Source of the DNA: a virus
Taxonomy: Duplodnaviria > Caudoviricetes
Direction: 5' to 3' (one strand)
IMG/VR virus record: IMGVR_UViG_3300031565_000029
Coordinates: 1 to 59,187 of that record
DNA: 59,187 nt
The first letter of the stretch is position 1. Every line of letters starts with the position of its first letter. The notes under the pieces were generated by a model, which made no database searches, was not told the origin of the DNA, and saw only the letters and a program-made list of their open reading frames with translations. Positions 55,681-59,187 of the stretch are shown here, piece by piece. Position numbers and translations under genes: made by a program.

Positions 55681-56283
55681 ATGAGCACTACAAGAAAAGT
55701 AACCCTGCGAAAAGATGGGGGAGCCGACCTCGGGTCAGCGGAACGGATCAACTTCATCACAGGAAACAACATCATCTTAGCAATAGCTTTGGACGCGGCG
55801 AACAAAGAGTTCGACGTAACCATAACCGCCGAAGCAGGGCTTCCCCCAGCGTGGCTCGACCAATTCTTCCCCGCTGTAGACCCTGACACATATAAGGGAG
55901 CATACGCCACAGTCACTATGACGGACGGCGTCGACATACCCATCTACCAGACCTTCATGATCCCCAAAGATATAGCAACCATCACTAGAGCGGTGGTCAT
56001 AATCATCCCGAATGCATCTGGTGATCTTTACTGGAGTTGTGTCACCAACTTTGGGCGGGTATGTGACGACGAGGACTATCAGACACACGGTGACGCCATT
56101 GCGTTAAACGCCATAGCCGTAACCGTCGATGAAATAGAGTGTATAGATATCAGTGACGCGTTGACAGTCGCCGTCGGAGGAGACCTGGTTGGGTTACATT
56201 TTGTCCGAGCCGCAGAAAACGTGTTAGACACGATAGGTGACACAGTTCACTATATAGGAGTATTGATAGAAGGAGATTCATAA
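55681..56283 (+). CDS. Virion decoration/fibre protein
   Basis: C-terminal domain homologous to the C-half of 54838..55680. Confidence 0.65.
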   Translation: MSTTRKVTLRKDGGADLGSAERINFITGNNIILAIALDAANKEFDVTITAEAGLPPAWLDQFFPAVDPDTYKGAYATVTMTDGVDIPIYQTFMIPKDIATITRAVVIIIPNASGDLYWSCVTNFGRVCDDEDYQTHGDAIALNAIAVTVDEIECIDISDALTVAVGGDLVGLHFVRAAENVLDTIGDTVHYIGVLIEGDS

Positions 56284-56301
56284 AATGAGGAGAGATGAAA
56301 G

Positions 56302-58113
56302 ATGAGTACATTATATCATAGGGAGAAGACCGTAGACTATGTCATAGGATACGATGGAGTAAACTACTATGCCCAAGATGAGTACGGTGTAATACGCTAC
56401 GAGAAGCCTGGGGGAGGTGCATTAATCAATGCCGTGATAGTTGCACTATCACCGACGGGAGGTGAGGTTCTCCTTAAGTGTTTGGTTATCGTGGACGATG
56501 AGGACGTAGAGTTATTAGTGCTCCCCAAAGGTTCTCTTGGATTCACGGGAATCGGTGCGAGGGGTGGATCCACCAGCGCTACATGGCTTAACAGCCGTTC
56601 AGGGTTCGCCTTCAGCGGCGGATTTGTGATAACTAACAATCTAGTGTCACTGAATGGTGGTAACCACATCTTCCGCAACATGGGTATGTTCTGGAGCGGT
56701 GTCGTTAATAAGCCGTGTTTCTTAATGGATAACGTGTTCCCGAAACTTGACCACGTGTACGCATGTGAATCAGGAAACACCTTCCCTGCTAATGGCGTGC
56801 AGGGCGTATTTACACATGACAGCACCACGGTTCCCACACCATCCACGAGTTCGGTTGTATTTGACCATGTCACCATAATCATGAGAAGTGACAACTGTGT
56901 CGGCTACTATTGTCACTTCGAGAATCCGAGTTGGATACACCCAGTTATGCAGTTTAACGCTACTGGTTGTAGAGGATGGGTAGTTGCCAGTGTCAGTGGA
57001 CAGACGATTGATCAGCTTGACGTATGGCTTGGCGATCCTGCTCAGGGATGTGTGATGTTCCAGCTTGAGAACCAAGGCAAGTGGATTAATATAGAACACA
57101 TAGAATGTTCCTCACAGGCCAATGCAGGTAATGTAACGCCGAACATTCTATTTGGTTACAAAGTGATAGACTTCTCAGACTATACAAACGACGACATCAA
57201 CATTTGGGTTGGTACATTAGTAAAAATACCCATGACAACAACACCTACGGCTCCGATATATGCGTACCAAGATGCAAACATGATTGGGAGAACTCGAATT
57301 GGGATGGTGTTGGATACGCCCACTTATGGAGTAGAATCACACTGGTATTGCTCGACATGTGATAACACAGACCTGCTATCTGACGGCACCGACGAATACC
57401 TATTCTTTACCGGCGATGATGCGCCAGATACGGTTGAGGCTAACCAGCAAATACAGATACACGATGCCATGATAATTGAGGAGATGATAGTTTTCCTCGA
57501 AGAAGACCCAGGCGCAGGCAACAGCAGGACGTTTACTCTCAGAGTTGACGGGATTAGCCAAGCACAAACCGTAACTATCGCCAATACAGATAAGGTTGGT
57601 CATGACGCTGCGCACCCAATAACGGTAGATAAGGATGCCTTTCTGGATTGGCTCAGCGACGGCGGCGTTGGAGGCCCAGATGTGTCCGAGGTTAACATTC
57701 GATGCAGAGCGACACCAATACGGGATGTATACCCTGAAACCATGGTTTACTTACTAGTGAAGAGCACCCTCACAACTCCTATCGTGTTGGCTGATGATGC
57801 CATGACAGATGCGGGGCAAAACCCTCAGCCTGTTGATCTTCGACATCATACCAAAGCTCGGTTTGAACTGATCGCAGAAAGTGACGGCAACTTCACAAAT
57901 ACGATATATGCTTACAATGAAACTGACGCTGAGGTGGTCGCGGAGTACTCGTGGGTTGGAAACGACCTTGAAATGGTTGTCACCGCCGATATAGACATCA
58001 CTGGCATAACAAACAGGGATGGCGTGAAAGCTATAGCGATGTATTGTAAGACCAGTAATGCAGGTGGAGACACCGTAAGATACACTAACGCGAAGGTAAG
58101 GTTCTACAGGTGA
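56302..58113 (+). CDS. Tailspike/receptor-binding protein (beta-helix-like)
   Basis: IN..I..L...GG.V.L start of right-handed beta-helix spikes; last late gene. Confidence 0.6.
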   Translation: MSTLYHREKTVDYVIGYDGVNYYAQDEYGVIRYEKPGGGALINAVIVALSPTGGEVLLKCLVIVDDEDVELLVLPKGSLGFTGIGARGGSTSATWLNSRSGFAFSGGFVITNNLVSLNGGNHIFRNMGMFWSGVVNKPCFLMDNVFPKLDHVYACESGNTFPANGVQGVFTHDSTTVPTPSTSSVVFDHVTIIMRSDNCVGYYCHFENPSWIHPVMQFNATGCRGWVVASVSGQTIDQLDVWLGDPAQGCVMFQLENQGKWINIEHIECSSQANAGNVTPNILFGYKVIDFSDYTNDDINIWVGTLVKIPMTTTPTAPIYAYQDANMIGRTRIGMVLDTPTYGVESHWYCSTCDNTDLLSDGTDEYLFFTGDDAPDTVEANQQIQIHDAMIIEEMIVFLEEDPGAGNSRTFTLRVDGISQAQTVTIANTDKVGHDAAHPITVDKDAFLDWLSDGGVGGPDVSEVNIRCRATPIRDVYPETMVYLLVKSTLTTPIVLADDAMTDAGQNPQPVDLRHHTKARFELIAESDGNFTNTIYAYNETDAEVVAEYSWVGNDLEMVVTADIDITGITNRDGVKAIAMYCKTSNAGGDTVRYTNAKVRFYR

Positions 58114-58153
58114 TAGAAGATTGTTGACAAAGCACTAATATTGGGACGCAACG

Positions 58154-58176
58154 TGATAGTTTGCCCTGAAGTATCA
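58154..58176. repeat. Dyad site TGATAGTT TGCCCTG AAGTATCA
   Basis: Near-perfect consensus after the last late gene; degenerate copy at 58118-58140. Confidence 0.85.
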
Positions 58177-58229
58177 TAAACTTTTTATTCATCTATCCTA
58201 GACATCAGATGATACTTTGGTAACTAATG

Positions 58230-58398
58230 AAAAAAACTTGGAGGAAAGTCCCGCCACCCGACGGAGGGACATCCGTGCCACCTCTCCCGGTGTAGCGAGG
58301 TAGACTTATCGGTTCTTAAAACCGTGCCGTCACACGTTTCAACGATCTACCACTAAGGGAGTTGTCGTCTCACATCTTGGGCGGTCTCGGTTTCCTCC
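58230..58398 (-). ncRNA. Structured ncRNA of unknown family (about 160 nt)
   Basis: TATA 58421-58428, start GGAGGAAA pairs with terminal UUUCCUCC, nested stems, ends in U7. Confidence 0.7.
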
Positions 58399-58420
58399 AA
58401 AACAAGGATGCCTTATCTCA

Positions 58421-58433
58421 TATATAAGTTTTC
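58421..58433 (-). promoter_or_regulatory. BRE+TATA (GAAAACTTATATA)
   Basis: TATA ends 23 nt upstream of predicted TSS 58398. Confidence 0.7.
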
Positions 58434-58947
58434 CTATAGAACGTTTGTTCGGTATATCGGTTCCGATTTATGTAGAAAACACAATTCTATAAAAACATTG
58501 AAGTTATAGACAGAATTTAGATCATCCCCGTCGTTTCACGCAATGTTCTTAAGGTAACAGAAATCGTTACCATAGTTACACGAAGTATAGAAAAACGGAA
58601 GTAGTATATATATTACTTTAGAAAAATGGTATGTAAAAAAAGTTTAACGGTTCTAGGTTGAATATACCAAAGTTAACCGCATTGACATAAAATAGATATC
58701 ACATGACACGTTTTTTATACGGGTTTATCTATACATTCACTTTGTTGCCAAAACTATATTACCGTTTCAGGTAAAGTAGTTGAAATGGTTTACCAGATCA
58801 AGCAATTCTTCGCCGTTCGATGAAAACATGAACATCCCACCCACATAGGATGTTTAGCTAAACCACAGAGTTTATTTTACTCACATCTCAATCCGAGTTA
58901 GTATATAAAGGGTTGCGATATATCTTAGTTGAGAATAAACAAAGATT

Positions 58948-59025
58948 TGGTGGGTTCGGGCAGATTTGAACTGCCGTTCTCACGGTTCCAGGCCGCGAAT
59001 GTTGACCAAGCTACACCACGAACCC
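58948..59025 (-). tRNA. tRNA-Pro(UGG), CCA encoded, atypical anticodon loop
   Basis: GGGUUCG/CGAACCC acceptor, D arm, CGCGG-CCUGGAA-CCGUG anticodon arm, GGCAG-UUCAAAU-CUGCC T arm, A73, CCA. Confidence 0.88.
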
Positions 59026-59137
59026 ATTTGAACGCATGGGGGAGTGGCTTTCCCCCATAGGGTCATCACGCACATTTAACCTCCTTAGTTAAGGGAGGCA
59101 CCCACATGAGCCACGGGCTGCGGTTTCCTATCCCTGC
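59026..59137 (-). ncRNA. Pseudoknotted structured RNA directly upstream of the tRNA
   Basis: TATA 59161-59168; hairpins GCCUCC..GGAGGU and AUGGGGGA..UCCCCCAU; loop AGCCAC pairs with upstream GUGGCU. Confidence 0.6.
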
Positions 59138-59187
59138 AAACATATCGGTAACTCATCTAGTATATAAGTCTTACCTACACACCATTT

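Larger units (their letters stand above)
1..58113. mobile_element. Archaeal tailed virus (HK97-fold, siphovirus-like) genome segment
   Basis: Terminase, portal, protease/scaffold, MCP, neck, chaperone, tape measure and tail genes in viral order; archaeal RBS (GGTGA) and TATA promoters; no sheath gene seen. Confidence 0.93.

Noticed and set aside
15177-57615. Numerous minus-strand and nested ORFs in the late arm (and + strand ORFs in the left arm other than 8849..9373)
   Set aside because: Shadow ORFs overlapping well-supported genes, without RBS or recognisable motifs
58240-58420. RNase P RNA on the + strand (GAGGAAAGTCCCGCCACC resembles conserved region I)
   Set aside because: No 3' partner for helix P4 or proper ACAGAA..GGCUUA region; the motif is the arm of a terminal inverted repeat, and promoter/terminator point to the minus strand
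58948-59025. tRNA as proviral attachment site / host boundary
   Set aside because: No duplicated tRNA fragment seen elsewhere in the window, and the atypical loop suits a viral tRNA; cannot be fully excluded without flanking sequence
1-59187. Alternative genetic code or stop-codon reassignment
   Set aside because: Long genes are intact under the standard code, all three stops are used, and the short genes have their own RBS and coupling

Overview
This window is most of the genome of a tailed head-tail (Caudoviricetes-type, probably siphovirus-like) virus of an archaeon. The archaeal assignment rests on GGTGA/GAGGTGA ribosome-binding sites, BRE+TATA promoters, oligo-T terminators and an archaeal-type tRNA. 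Bases 1-14.6 kb are a leftward arm of about 45 mostly tiny accessory genes. It also carries a Cas4-like nuclease, an OB-fold SSB, four DNA methyltransferases, two Zn-finger/HNH-like proteins and an unusual tyrosine recombinase. Bases 15.1-58.1 kb are a rightward late arm: terminases, portal, a block of decoration-like proteins, protease/scaffold, tail tube, a cysteine-rich major capsid protein, a 13.6 kb glycosylation/sugar-nucleotide island, neck, frameshifted tail chaperone, tape measure and tail-tip proteins. The last 1 kb holds a cluster of structured non-coding RNAs and an atypical tRNA-Pro. The main finding is about 33 copies of a 23-bp dyad site (consensus TGATASTT-N7-AASTATCA, almost always with a different spacer) placed at gene junctions around the tyrosine recombinase. 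This looks like an integron-like or dif-module-like single-gene cassette system in an archaeal virus. No replicative polymerase, primase or helicase is visible, and the window starts mid-gene. All calls come from reading the sequence; no database searches were run.
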